IMG/VR virus record: IMGVR_UViG_3300030104_006170
Source: a virus
Lineage: Duplodnaviria > Caudoviricetes
Reading direction: 5' to 3' (one strand)
DNA: 64,000 bases
The translations under genes and the position numbers were made by a program. Below the pieces are notes generated by a model that was not told the DNA's origin, made no database searches, and saw nothing but the letters and a program-made list of their open reading frames with translations. Of the stretch, positions 35,304 to 44,943 are shown piece by piece (the first letter of the stretch is position 1; each line of letters begins with the position of its first letter).

Positions 35304-36200
35304 TTACATACAACTAAAATACCTTTCTCCTCTATCACATAATATCGTTATAGCTTCTGTTTTGTCATTATCTCTTAACCACTGGAATGACGCAAATACA
35401 TTTGCTGCTGCACTTATCCCAACAAATAATCCATAATTTTTAGCTAAGTGTCTAGCACATGCTTTAGCACATTCTGTACTTACTATTCTTACTTCTGAAA
35501 CCACATCTAAATTTACTAAAAATTTACTTCCATCCCCAATACCTTGTATTCCATGTAACCCAGGTTCAAAACCCGACATTACCGCACTTTCTGCTGGTTC
35601 AATAGCTACTGATTTTATTTTAGGCCACATTTCTTTTAAAAATTTATCAGTACCCATTAAAGTACCACCTGTTCCGGTTCCAGCTACAAAAACTGCTGGT
35701 GATGATTTTTCACCTTTAATTTCTTTGTATTGATTGTAGAACTCGGGACCTGTAGTTTGGTAGTGTGCTTGGACATTTAGGGGGTTGGCGAACTGATTAC
35801 AGTTAAACCATTCGTTAACGTAACATAGTTCATCTCTCATCCTAATAGCTTCATCGAAGTCTCCTTCAGGTGCCTCAATTAATTCTGCCCCATAATACTC
35901 AAACATTTTTTTTCTTTCTTCAGACATGTTAGATGGCATTATTATCACCATCTTATACCCTCTTTCTGCTGCTAACATAGCAAATGCTATACCACTATTA
36001 CCACTAGTAGCTTCACACATAGTGTCTCCCGGAGTTAAAAGACCATTTTTTTCTGCATTGTTAATTATAAAAGTTGCCATCCTATCTTTTACTGAACCCG
36101 ATGGGTTCATAAACTCAGCTTTACCCCATACTGTGTATTTACCTATTTTTATAGGGATTAATGGTGTGTTGCCAGTGTAATTAGATAGTCTTTGTTTCAT
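35304..36200 (-). CDS. cysK: Cysteine synthase (CysK/CysM family, PLP)
   Basis: GNTPL, NPSGSVKDR, EATSGNSGI, GTGTGGT, HGIQGIG, DRGERYFS. Confidence 0.93.
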   Translation of the reverse strand: MKQRLSNYTGNTPLIPIKIGKYTVWGKAEFMNPSGSVKDRMATFIINNAEKNGLLTPGDTMCEATSGNSGIAFAMLAAERGYKMVIIMPSNMSEERKKMFEYYGAELIEAPEGDFDEAIRMRDELCYVNEWFNCNQFANPLNVQAHYQTTGPEFYNQYKEIKGEKSSPAVFVAGTGTGGTLMGTDKFLKEMWPKIKSVAIEPAESAVMSGFEPGLHGIQGIGDGSKFLVNLDVVSEVRIVSTECAKACARHLAKNYGLFVGISAAANVFASFQWLRDNDKTEAITILCDRGERYFSCM

Positions 36201-36628
36201 TAGTCTTCTATTTCTACGTTAAATTTGTCTCCTTGTTGTATTTTTTCAATTGTGTCTAACCCCTCAATAATTTTACCGAAACATGTGTGATTTCTATCTA
36301 AGTGTTGAGTTGCGTTTCTTGTATGTACAATAAAAAATTGTGACCCACCTGTATTTCTACCAGCGTGTGCCATAGATAGTACCCCTCTATCATGAAATTG
36401 GTTTTCTCCATCTAGTTCACAATCAATTTTATAACCTGGTCCACCATCTCCTCTTCCGTTAGGACAACCTCCTTGTGCTACGAATCCTGGAATAACTCGA
36501 TGAAAATTAAGGTCTTTATAAAAACCTTCTTTTGCTAGCTTAACAAAATTGTTTACTGTGTTTGGTGCGTCTTTTTCGTAAAACTCTACCACCATAGTTC
36601 CTTTATCTGTATTAATTTTACCTTTCAT
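36200..36628 (-). CDS. Cyclophilin-type peptidyl-prolyl isomerase
   Basis: FHRVIPGFVAQGG, LSMAHAGRNTGGSQFFI, HTCFG. Confidence 0.95.
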   Translation of the reverse strand: MKGKINTDKGTMVVEFYEKDAPNTVNNFVKLAKEGFYKDLNFHRVIPGFVAQGGCPNGRGDGGPGYKIDCELDGENQFHDRGVLSMAHAGRNTGGSQFFIVHTRNATQHLDRNHTCFGKIIEGLDTIEKIQQGDKFNVEIED

Positions 36629-36882
36629 TTTTTTAATTTATTAATTTCTCTGTTTATATACCAACTTGCTTTTTCCAAGTCTTCCAATGTATTAATTTTT
36701 TTACCTGCCCTAGAAATATACTTTACTGTATTACCTAAGTTAAATCCTAAGTCCCACGCTTCAATAACTTTAATAGCTTCATATGGGTTATCTTTACCAC
36801 CGTAGTGATTTGGGTGATTTACCTTTTCTGATTGTTTACGATTAAATTCTATTATTTCTTCGTTTGTAGGGTACTTAGTCAT
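36625..36882 (-). CDS. DUF3310 family protein
   Basis: VNHPNHY..EAIKVI..FNLGNTVKYISRAGKK..EDLEKA. Confidence 0.9.
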   Translation of the reverse strand: MTKYPTNEEIIEFNRKQSEKVNHPNHYGGKDNPYEAIKVIEAWDLGFNLGNTVKYISRAGKKINTLEDLEKASWYINREINKLKK

Positions 36883-37213
36883 TTTTATCTTTTTTTATAT
36901 AATCTTTTACTTTTGTGTATTGAGAATTACTTAATAATGTAGTTTCATATCTTTTATAGATGTAATTTTTAAGTTCTTCAATATCTTTAAACTCGCTCTC
37001 ACAAACACTTACTATTTTAATATCGGTGTCTTCTTCGTCGGGAAAAAGTAATACCTCATAACCACTCTTATCACTTAAATCTAAAGCAAATTTTTCTAAA
37101 TCTCCTATTCTTAGTGTAGTTGGTTTGGATAGTTTTACCACCATTAGTGGTCTATATTTTTCTAATAGTAATTCGTTCGCTATTCTTTCAGTATTTGTAA
37201 TATCTTTAGACAT
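36875..37213 (-). CDS. Hypothetical protein
   Basis: ORF track; TTGACT-N17-TAAATT promoter upstream. Confidence 0.6.
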   Translation of the reverse strand: MSKDITNTERIANELLLEKYRPLMVVKLSKPTTLRIGDLEKFALDLSDKSGYEVLLFPDEEDTDIKIVSVCESEFKDIEELKNYIYKRYETTLLSNSQYTKVKDYIKKDKND

Positions 37214-37263
37214 AGTAAAATTTAAACAAAGTTAAAAATATAGTCAATATGTACTGGGTGATT

Positions 37264-37593
37264 TTAATTAAGACAAAAAGGTGGGAAACCGTCTTTAATA
37301 TTTACGAATAATTTTTCTATTTCTTGTTGACGTTTTACAAATTCACCCACATTTATTTCTTGGGTTATATCTTGTATTGCTAAATCAGTAACTATTTCTA
37401 ACATTTCTGTAGAACTTAACATAGGGTCACCATTCTTTTTAAAGTTAATGGTCGCTTTTTTAGCGACCATTTTATAAAACTCATCAATATCTATCTTACC
37501 ATAACCAAACATATCTCTAAATGCTTCTTTATCAGTTTTAAAGAACTCTTTAAGTTTTTGTAAATAGATTTGTATATCAACTTCCATATACAT
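37264..37593 (-). CDS. Hypothetical protein
   Basis: ORF track; TATTTAT upstream. Confidence 0.6.
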   Translation of the reverse strand: MYMEVDIQIYLQKLKEFFKTDKEAFRDMFGYGKIDIDEFYKMVAKKATINFKKNGDPMLSSTEMLEIVTDLAIQDITQEINVGEFVKRQQEIEKLFVNIKDGFPPFCLN

Positions 37594-37598
37594 AAATA

Positions 37599-37883
37599 CT
37601 AAACCAAGTTGTATTTTTTAACTATTCTTTTGTCTATGTTTGTTGTTTTACCCTCTTTTTTAAGTATATCATAGATTTTTTGTGCAGCGACCTTTATATC
37701 TTTCATCCCTCCCTCTACCTTACTTTTAGTCTTGTAAATCATAACTTCTACATTACCTGGAGTTTTTACTATTTTACCACCTATTCTCTTCGAGGTTTCT
37801 CTTGTAATTTTTTGTCTAACCTCATAGTTCACCATCTTGCAGATGTGGTGACCTCTTTTTTCCATTGTTGTACTTCCACCCAT
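37599..37883 (-). CDS. Basic hypothetical protein
   Basis: ORF track. Confidence 0.6.
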   Translation of the reverse strand: MGGSTTMEKRGHHICKMVNYEVRQKITRETSKRIGGKIVKTPGNVEVMIYKTKSKVEGGMKDIKVAAQKIYDILKKEGKTTNIDKRIVKKYNLV

Positions 37884-37896
37884 TTTATTTTATTTT

Positions 37897-38145
37897 TTAA
37901 AAATTAATACTCATCCATTGTAAATTACCACTATAAGTAATTGTCTTATCAAACATACTAGATTGGTACACACTTTTTAGATTTTCAGCTTCTTTTATTT
38001 TACCAAAAAGTTTTAGGTCATCATACCTAAAATTATTTTTCATAAATAATTCTAATTGTTTACCGGATAAAAGAAGGTGTATATTTCTTTCTACCCAGTC
38101 TTGGAAATCTATTGTATCCCAGTTTGATGCGTTTCTTTCTTTCAT
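37897..38145 (-). CDS. Hypothetical protein after a TATATTTG promoter
   Basis: ORF track; -7 box at 38150-38157. Confidence 0.6.
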   Translation of the reverse strand: MKERNASNWDTIDFQDWVERNIHLLLSGKQLELFMKNNFRYDDLKLFGKIKEAENLKSVYQSSMFDKTITYSGNLQWMSINF

Positions 38146-38181
38146 ACTACAAATATACGACTTTTTTATTATTTTATTGTA

Positions 38182-38742
38182 TTATTTTGGAAAAACTTTT
38201 ATTTCTTTTGTTGTACTTACTAAATCACCCCACACACTATCTTTTTTATACCGAGTAGCTCTAACTTTATGGTTGTCTATGTAATGATACTCTGTAACGT
38301 CTTCGTGGATTCTTGGTTTACCAAAAATTATATAATGCCATCTTACTTCATTGTCTCTTAACCATTGTTCAGTAATTTCTCTATGTTCTTCTTTTCTCGA
38401 TGTAAAAAATGTAATTATATTACCTTCTTCATACCATTTATTAATTGTTTCTATCGAATTATGATACGGTTTTGCTGTAGACATTCTTTCAAATTGTTCG
38501 TTTGGAATGTCGTCACAAATAGTCCCGTCAATATCTATAATATAATTAACTTTATTAACTTGTTTTCTAATTTGTCTGTACCCAACCATTTTTTTCTCCA
38601 AGTATTCATCTATATCATATCTATATTCACCACATGAAGAATATAGACATTTTTTTTGGATTACTGTTTTTTTATCTTCTGTTAAATAAACTTCGGTTAT
38701 ACTATTTGCGTAATGTTGTGTGTAAATTAATATTTCTTCCAT
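38182..38742 (-). CDS. HAD-superfamily phosphatase with an N-terminal extension
   Basis: YIIDIDGTICD (DxDxT), FFTSR, FGKP, YIDN. Confidence 0.8.
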   Translation of the reverse strand: MEEILIYTQHYANSITEVYLTEDKKTVIQKKCLYSSCGEYRYDIDEYLEKKMVGYRQIRKQVNKVNYIIDIDGTICDDIPNEQFERMSTAKPYHNSIETINKWYEEGNIITFFTSRKEEHREITEQWLRDNEVRWHYIIFGKPRIHEDVTEYHYIDNHKVRATRYKKDSVWGDLVSTTKEIKVFPK

Positions 38743-38743
38743 T

Positions 38744-38938
38744 TTATTTCTTTTTATCTATTTTTTTAATTATTGTTTTTTCCATTGCTATTATAACTCT
38801 TTCTAGTTTTAATATTTGATTCTCTAGTTGGATTATTTGTTCTCTTTTTTCTCTTCCTACCTTTGCCTCCCAAATTAACCATCCGAAGGCTACTACTTCT
38901 AAAATAAATAATGCTATTAATAATGTTGTGTCGTTCAT
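38744..38938 (-). CDS. Small TM plus coiled-coil protein
   Basis: N-terminal hydrophobic helix. Confidence 0.55.
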   Translation of the reverse strand: MNDTTLLIALFILEVVAFGWLIWEAKVGREKREQIIQLENQILKLERVIIAMEKTIIKKIDKKK

Positions 38939-38939
38939 C

Positions 38940-40115
38940 TTATCTCCCTACTTCTTTTATATATTTTTCTTTTGTTTCTTCCCAGGATAAGTCAATCACA
39001 TCCCAGTAAAATAATTGTTCTTCTTTAATTCTATTTTGTTTCCAAATATTTTCATACCTACGAATAGCTTTAGGTTTCCACCATTTTTCAGTATAAGGAA
39101 TATCTTCTTTAAATTTCTTTTTTAAGATTAAGTCTTTTTCTTCTATTTCACCCCTTAAGAACTCACAACCATTATCATACATCATTGCAAGATAGACCCC
39201 CCTCTTAAACCCGTGGTCATAATCCGAACCCTTTATACCACAATGTTTAAAAACCTTGTTAAGGATGTTCTGTTTAGGTCCTGTAGCACTTATAGCTTTC
39301 TTATGTTCTTCTGGGTGGTTATCTTTCAACCATTTGTTCCAAGGTAGGTAAGCACTATCATCTGGTTTTAATCTAACCTTACCAGATGTTTCACCCATTG
39401 TTTTAAAATGTGGCATTCCATTATACATTGAATTTATTCCATACAGAGACGTTGTTCCCACAGCGATTAGTTTATCACCGTATTTTTCTTCCCAAGCATC
39501 TCTAATTGTTTTACAGGTTGTTAATGCGGCTACTAATTTACCCATTAACATATTATACCCACCTGGTTGGGTGGAACAGATAGTTGTTGCTATAGCTGTA
39601 TTGTTTAGTTTGTGTTGGTCAAACTTGTTGGTTTTATCCCAACCTATGTAGGCATCTCTAACTTTAATACTAGTAACATCAGACCCTAAACAAATCAAAC
39701 CAAGGACTTTGTTAGTTTTCCTATCTCTTACCCAGAATTTCATATTACGTCCAGGATTTGCAACCCATTCCATTGTATGGATAAGTTTACGGTAGTTTAC
39801 CCATTCGGTAACACCTTTTCCTGGTGTTGCCATTTCAACATAAGGTTCTAAGTTTTCAATTTCTGTTATTGTTTGTAATGTGTCTATTAAAAAAGTTGGT
39901 TTCCATAAATTTTCTTTATATGAATATAACTTCTTTTTTATTTTTGACATTTTACCACCCTTATTCATTTCTTGCCACTTTTTATAAAGTGTTTGTTCTT
40001 CTACAGACATTTCTTTAAGCATATCAAGATTGTCTATTAAGTTTTGTTTTTGACCTTCAAAGTCAAAAATCTCTTCATTTTCTATAATATCAAATATTGT
40101 TGTTTGTTCTCCCAT
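38940..40115 (-). CDS. DUF4338/DruA-like protein
   Basis: NPGRNMKFWVRD..LGLICLGSD..YNMLMGKLVA..TTSLYG..SMY..GET. Confidence 0.7.
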   Translation of the reverse strand: MGEQTTIFDIIENEEIFDFEGQKQNLIDNLDMLKEMSVEEQTLYKKWQEMNKGGKMSKIKKKLYSYKENLWKPTFLIDTLQTITEIENLEPYVEMATPGKGVTEWVNYRKLIHTMEWVANPGRNMKFWVRDRKTNKVLGLICLGSDVTSIKVRDAYIGWDKTNKFDQHKLNNTAIATTICSTQPGGYNMLMGKLVAALTTCKTIRDAWEEKYGDKLIAVGTTSLYGINSMYNGMPHFKTMGETSGKVRLKPDDSAYLPWNKWLKDNHPEEHKKAISATGPKQNILNKVFKHCGIKGSDYDHGFKRGVYLAMMYDNGCEFLRGEIEEKDLILKKKFKEDIPYTEKWWKPKAIRRYENIWKQNRIKEEQLFYWDVIDLSWEETKEKYIKEVGR

Positions 40116-40198
40116 GGTTTAATAATAAGATATTTTGTTGGTGTTTTCAAGTTTTATTTACTTGTTAAATCTTAATATTTATGTTTAAAGAAAAACAA

Positions 40199-40435
40199 AT
40201 GGCTTGTAAAAATTGTAAAGAAAAAACTTCTAAATATTTAAAACAGTTAAATAATATGGGTGCAAATGTTAATTTTGACACCGAAGCTAGAAAAAAACAA
40301 ATCTTAGAGAAGACTTGGGACTCGTCAATGGGTAAACTTAGGATGTGGGAACGTTTGGTGATAATTCTATTTGCTTGGATTCCTTTGATAATTGGTTACT
40401 TCACTATAATTAGATTTATAGTTTCATTATTCTAA
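40199..40435 (+). CDS. Small protein with a MACKNC N-terminus and C-terminal TM
   Basis: Second ATG preceded by TATTTAT. Confidence 0.6.
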   Translation: MACKNCKEKTSKYLKQLNNMGANVNFDTEARKKQILEKTWDSSMGKLRMWERLVIILFAWIPLIIGYFTIIRFIVSLF

Positions 40436-41433
40436 CTAAAATTTTCTTTTGTTTTTAAATTCATTAGTAACTCTTCTTCCTCTTTTGTTAATGAATTAGG
40501 TATTTTAACTTGTGGTTTAATTATTAAGTCCCCCTTACCTCTTTGAGAATTCATTCCTTTACCCCTTACATTAAAACTTTCGGTAACTTTACTAAGTGGT
40601 GGTATTTTTGCTTTTAGAGGTCCACTAAAATGTGGTATTTCTAAATCTGTACCCAATAACATGTCTATTATTGGTATTTCCACATCATATACCAAGTCTC
40701 TATCTAAAACTTTAAAGTGGGGATGTCTTGCAATTACTACTTGTATATTTAAATCACCTGGGATACCACCATCAATTTCATCCCCGTGATTTCTAATAGT
40801 GAACACTTGACCTGTCATTAAGTCCACAGGGATTCTAAAGTCTACAGTTTGAGGTTGTTTAGTTTGGCCTATACCACCACAACCACCACAAGCTTCAACT
40901 ACTATTTTACCAGACCCATTACATTGGGGGCATTGTTCCCTTTGGATTTGTCTAAAAAAAGCATTACCTACGGCTTTTTCTACAAACCCCCTTCCCTTAC
41001 ACATATTACACGGGTGTGAGTTACCACCACTACCTCTACAAGTTGTACAATTTACCTGTCTATTATATCTTAATTTTTTAATTTCACCAAAAAATACATC
41101 TTCTAAGGTGACAGTTAACGGTATATTTAAACTTCTACCCTTTTTTTGTTGTCTTTGTTGTTGTCTCCCACCAAAAAATTGATTGAATATGTCGTCCATG
41201 TTTGGACCCCCTCCCTGTCTACCATGAAATGGATTATTTAATTTATTATCATACTCCGCACGTTTACCACCATCACCTAAAGTATCGTAAGCTTCGGATA
41301 GTTCTTTAAATGTATTTTCATCACCACCTTTATCTGGATGATGAGTTTTGGATAATTTCCTAAATGCCTTTTTTATCTCATCTTGAGTGGCATTTCTATT
41401 GATATTTAGAGTTTTGTAATAATCTTTATTCAT
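40432..41433 (-). CDS. dnaJ: Chaperone DnaJ
   Basis: J-domain HPD, G/F region, four CxxCxGxG repeats, C-terminal domain. Confidence 0.95.
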   Translation of the reverse strand: MNKDYYKTLNINRNATQDEIKKAFRKLSKTHHPDKGGDENTFKELSEAYDTLGDGGKRAEYDNKLNNPFHGRQGGGPNMDDIFNQFFGGRQQQRQQKKGRSLNIPLTVTLEDVFFGEIKKLRYNRQVNCTTCRGSGGNSHPCNMCKGRGFVEKAVGNAFFRQIQREQCPQCNGSGKIVVEACGGCGGIGQTKQPQTVDFRIPVDLMTGQVFTIRNHGDEIDGGIPGDLNIQVVIARHPHFKVLDRDLVYDVEIPIIDMLLGTDLEIPHFSGPLKAKIPPLSKVTESFNVRGKGMNSQRGKGDLIIKPQVKIPNSLTKEEEELLMNLKTKENFS

Positions 41434-42069
41434 ATGGTTTACGATAGAAATAAATATAAAATTGTTTTATTTAAAAATGGTGAAAGAAATAAAGTTTTAT
41501 TTTCTTCCAACAGTAAAAAAAGTATCTTAAAGAAATATACTAAATTTATTGAAGAAAAAAAGCCTAAATTCGTAATGGAATATATTTCACGTAAAAAAGT
41601 TATGTTTGAGCTTGCCGTTGTAACCAAAGAGTCCACAACTGATAGTTTATATGTTAAAGATTCTGTTGGTAGAACAAGAGAGATTACTCTAGGTGATTCT
41701 GATTATAGATTTATAAAAATGTTACCTTACTGGAAAGAGGAAAAGATATATGACCATACCTCCCAAACTAAAATTAATTTTGTCACTTTAATGAAAAATT
41801 ATTTAGAGGATAAAGAATTTAAACAAGTTTTTACCCTAAATAATAAAGTTATAATTCAAAAAGACAGTAACTTCAATGTTTTTAGTTTAAAAACAGTTTC
41901 AGACGCTCTTAGATTATTAACTGTAATAGAGTTAGAGTTTTTAAATGATGGTCGTTATGATTGTTTATTTGTAACTGATAACAGTACTGTTCAAAGAAAA
42001 CAGTTATATAATTTACTAGAATCTGTTGGTTATAAGCGAGAATTTTTAAGAAAACAGTATACTTATTAA
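41434..42069 (+). CDS. Hypothetical protein
   Basis: 211-aa ORF divergent from dnaJ. Confidence 0.7.
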   Translation: MVYDRNKYKIVLFKNGERNKVLFSSNSKKSILKKYTKFIEEKKPKFVMEYISRKKVMFELAVVTKESTTDSLYVKDSVGRTREITLGDSDYRFIKMLPYWKEEKIYDHTSQTKINFVTLMKNYLEDKEFKQVFTLNNKVIIQKDSNFNVFSLKTVSDALRLLTVIELEFLNDGRYDCLFVTDNSTVQRKQLYNLLESVGYKREFLRKQYTY

Positions 42070-42299
42070 TCTTTAATAAAAATAAATTCTACGTCATTAA
42101 TATCTATTGATAGTTTATTTTGGTTTCTATCTACTTTTATTCTAACGTAGTCTTCTATTTCTGATAATATTTCTAAAAATTGACTACCTTTTATGTGTAA
42201 TTTAATTTGTGTGGTATTGACGTAGGGATTTAACTTTAAATTTTCAGCAATTGTTGCACAGTCTTCTAGAATTTTAGACTGTTTTTGATTTTGTTCCAT
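42066..42299 (-). CDS. Hypothetical protein
   Basis: ORF track. Confidence 0.55.
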   Translation of the reverse strand: MEQNQKQSKILEDCATIAENLKLNPYVNTTQIKLHIKGSQFLEILSEIEDYVRIKVDRNQNKLSIDINDVEFIFIKD

Positions 42300-42475
42300 A
42301 TCCCTTTATTTTCTTTATTTTCTAAGTTTTCTTCGGTTTTGGTGTATCTATTTACCACTTCCTGGACACTAGTTTTTTTTATTTCCTCTATTATTTTTTT
42401 CTTATGTTGTAGGATTTCCTTCTGGTCCTTCGAGACTTCCCGACGGAACCATTCCTCTATTTTGTTCTTCTCCAT
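42266..42475 (-). CDS. Hypothetical protein
   Basis: ORF track; overlaps both neighbours. Confidence 0.55.
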   Translation of the reverse strand: MEKNKIEEWFRREVSKDQKEILQHKKKIIEEIKKTSVQEVVNRYTKTEENLENKENKGIWNKIKNSLKF

Positions 42476-42857
42476 TTAAATTAATTTTATTAAAATCAAA
42501 GTTTAATTTTCTTAAAGAATCTACTGGATTTTCTGCAAATACTTTTTTTAATTCTAACATTTTCAACTCTAAAAGATTATTTTTTTCCTCCACATCTGTA
42601 TTCCATTTAATAACAGCTTTTATTTCCTCTATTAAAACATTACAGTCTTCTTCCGTAAACACACTAAAAAAAGAAACTAGTTTATGTGTTTCATTACTAT
42701 TCCCCGGTTTAATTTGTATTTTACTACCTCTACTAGTTATAATCTTCTGGTCTTCCCAATCTATAGGTATTTTTAAATCTACAACAACAAAATTTTCATG
42801 CATTCTAATACTATTAAAAGTATCCCCAAAAATTGATATTTGTTTGTATAGTGTCAT
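42402..42857 (-). CDS. Hypothetical protein
   Basis: ORF track. Confidence 0.6.
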   Translation of the reverse strand: MTLYKQISIFGDTFNSIRMHENFVVVDLKIPIDWEDQKIITSRGSKIQIKPGNSNETHKLVSFFSVFTEEDCNVLIEEIKAVIKWNTDVEEKNNLLELKMLELKKVFAENPVDSLRKLNFDFNKINLNGEEQNRGMVPSGSLEGPEGNPTT

Positions 42858-43037
42858 TTAATTTATTATATATGTTATAGTGTAAGCTACACTTACCCCC
42901 AGTAATAAAGCTTCCTGGTATGGTAAATTATAAGTTGTTGGTTCATCCGCATATAGTTTTCTTATTAACATAATAATATTCCTCACTATAACTAATAAGG
43001 AAAATATAAAAAGAAATGTGAATATCCAATGTTCCAT

Positions 43038-43211
43038 TTATTTTTTACTTTCTTCTAGAATTTCTTTTCTTAGAGTTTGTAATACTGATTTTAATTCTTG
43101 TGCTGATTTTCTAGCTCTAATACCTGCACTTTTATTTTTTTTATCAAAAAATTTTTCAGCGTCTACTTTAATAGATGTTACTAGTGTTTCTAATTGTGTT
43201 AATGTTTCCAT
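43038..43211 (-). CDS. Histone H1-like protein Hc1 family (probable start METL)
   Basis: DAEKFFDKKNKSAGIRARKSAQELK..LRKEI. Confidence 0.85.
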   Translation of the reverse strand: METLTQLETLVTSIKVDAEKFFDKKNKSAGIRARKSAQELKSVLQTLRKEILEESKK

Positions 43212-43212
43212 A

Positions 43213-43425
43213 TTATTCTTCTTTATTTTCTTTTTCATTTTGTTGGTATGATTCCCAAGTTACAAAACTTTGGTTTACCATTGTTAATTTATTTATGAGG
43301 TCTAATGATTTTTCTAGTTTATCTTCGATGCTCATATCTTGTACATTAAGAATCCTTTCTAATTCAGATTCTAACTTTTGTTTTTGTACTATTAATTCAT
43401 TATTTATGATATTAATTATTCTCAT
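43213..43425 (-). CDS. Hypothetical coiled-coil protein
   Basis: ORF track. Confidence 0.55.
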   Translation of the reverse strand: MRIINIINNELIVQKQKLESELERILNVQDMSIEDKLEKSLDLINKLTMVNQSFVTWESYQQNEKENKEE

Positions 43426-43445
43426 GTTTTAATTTTAGTCAATTA

Positions 43446-43925
43446 TTATTTAACTGTCAAGCTTTCATTTAATAATACATATACCTCATATAACATATCC
43501 AGTTCAGACTTGGTTTTAGATGTATGTAATATAAAAAGTATAGTTAAAAAATATCTTAATTTTTCTAGGTGTTCATCATTTTTATTATTATAGAAAGATT
43601 CGTAAAAAAAATGGAAAAAATAGTCGTAGTGTGTACCTTCAGTGTTAAATATTATATTCTCTTTTTTAAAGTTATTTATAGTTTTTTCCCAACACCAGTT
43701 AAAGTGTCCTGTGATTTCCTCATCAGTTTTTATAACATCAACACCTAAGTAGGTATCTTCTACCAGATTGTATAATGAATTTAAATAATCACCAAATAAA
43801 CTTACTTTAGAAACATTAATATTATGTGCCTTAACCCATAAATTCATATCTTCGCGGCTTAATGGTTGAGTCACGTATTTAAAAAATTGTTCTGGCAATA
43901 ATCGTCTTCTTTCCATATCTTCCAT
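43446..43925 (-). CDS. Hypothetical protein (probable start MEDMERRR)
   Basis: ORF track; start moved to avoid overlap. Confidence 0.6.
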   Translation of the reverse strand: MEDMERRRLLPEQFFKYVTQPLSREDMNLWVKAHNINVSKVSLFGDYLNSLYNLVEDTYLGVDVIKTDEEITGHFNWCWEKTINNFKKENIIFNTEGTHYDYFFHFFYESFYNNKNDEHLEKLRYFLTILFILHTSKTKSELDMLYEVYVLLNESLTVK

Positions 43926-43966
43926 AGTTTTAAAGATAGGTACTGAGATTACTAGAGGAAATAGTG

Positions 43967-44917
43967 TTATTGTGTTTTTTTGTTGTAAGACCACAATTTT
44001 TTCATTGTATCCATATCTTTGTTAACACCTTCTTTCACTTGTTTTACTTTTTGCACATCTGGTGTATAACCTCGTAAATTAGTCATAGAAGCTTTTTCAT
44101 CTGCTATTTTTTCCGCTCTTCTTTTTTTAGATTTTAACATTTTTTCACCTAAGTCACTTGGTACTACATTACCTAGAGCTACACCCTCATCATCAGTTTG
44201 TGCGTTTCCTGTTTCACTCGAACCCTCTAAATATTTAGTCAGTCTTTCCATGTTTTGATTATTTACATCAAAATCTATTAATCCTGGATACGCAAAATCA
44301 TCAATAAATTCTTGGTCTTCATCATTATTTCTATAATATTGGTATTGTCCGTCAGCGTTAGTTTTTGACATTTCTTGGTGTGGGAAAGCTGGACTTTCAT
44401 TACCTTCAAAAGTTTCGTACTCTTTGAATTTTTTGTCGGTTTCTTTCATCGCTGCGTCATTTTCTTTTTTAGATTTTTTAACAGCCTTTTCATAAGTGTC
44501 GTAACCTGGATGTCTTTTTACATTCTTAGCTTCTTCTAATTTATTTTTTAATTTTTTACTTACTAGTTTTTTAATTGTGTCTGTAGTTGTTTCATTTACT
44601 TCTTTTTTAGTGTCTATCACTTCTTCTGTTGGTTTTATAACGTCTTTAATCATACCATCAATAGTATTTTCCAAAACCATTTTTTCTGCCATCTCATCAG
44701 CAACTGCTTTTAAAGATTCCTCAATAACAGATTCCATTGTTTCATTCCCTACTTCATTAGTTCTTCCTTTTCTGAAGTTTTTTCTATCTTCTTCTATTTC
44801 CATAGCTTTCATTTCTACCCCTTTATTATCTCTAGCTAATGTATGGTTTTCACCAATTCTTTTAACTGCTTTACTGATTATTTTATCTAAATCCGGATTT
44901 TGTGCTAATATTGACAT
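43967..44917 (-). CDS. Charged protein, candidate head/scaffold-associated
   Basis: E/K-rich with several x-L/I-x-E sites; TATTTAT upstream. Confidence 0.6.
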   Translation of the reverse strand: MSILAQNPDLDKIISKAVKRIGENHTLARDNKGVEMKAMEIEEDRKNFRKGRTNEVGNETMESVIEESLKAVADEMAEKMVLENTIDGMIKDVIKPTEEVIDTKKEVNETTTDTIKKLVSKKLKNKLEEAKNVKRHPGYDTYEKAVKKSKKENDAAMKETDKKFKEYETFEGNESPAFPHQEMSKTNADGQYQYYRNNDEDQEFIDDFAYPGLIDFDVNNQNMERLTKYLEGSSETGNAQTDDEGVALGNVVPSDLGEKMLKSKKRRAEKIADEKASMTNLRGYTPDVQKVKQVKEGVNKDMDTMKKLWSYNKKTQ

Positions 44918-44943
44918 AATTTCTTTTTATTATAAATATCTAT

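Noticed and set aside
42402-42475. 74-nt overlap of two same-strand ORFs as a programmed frameshift
   Set aside because: No convincing slippery site plus stimulator; the downstream ORF has its own ATG.
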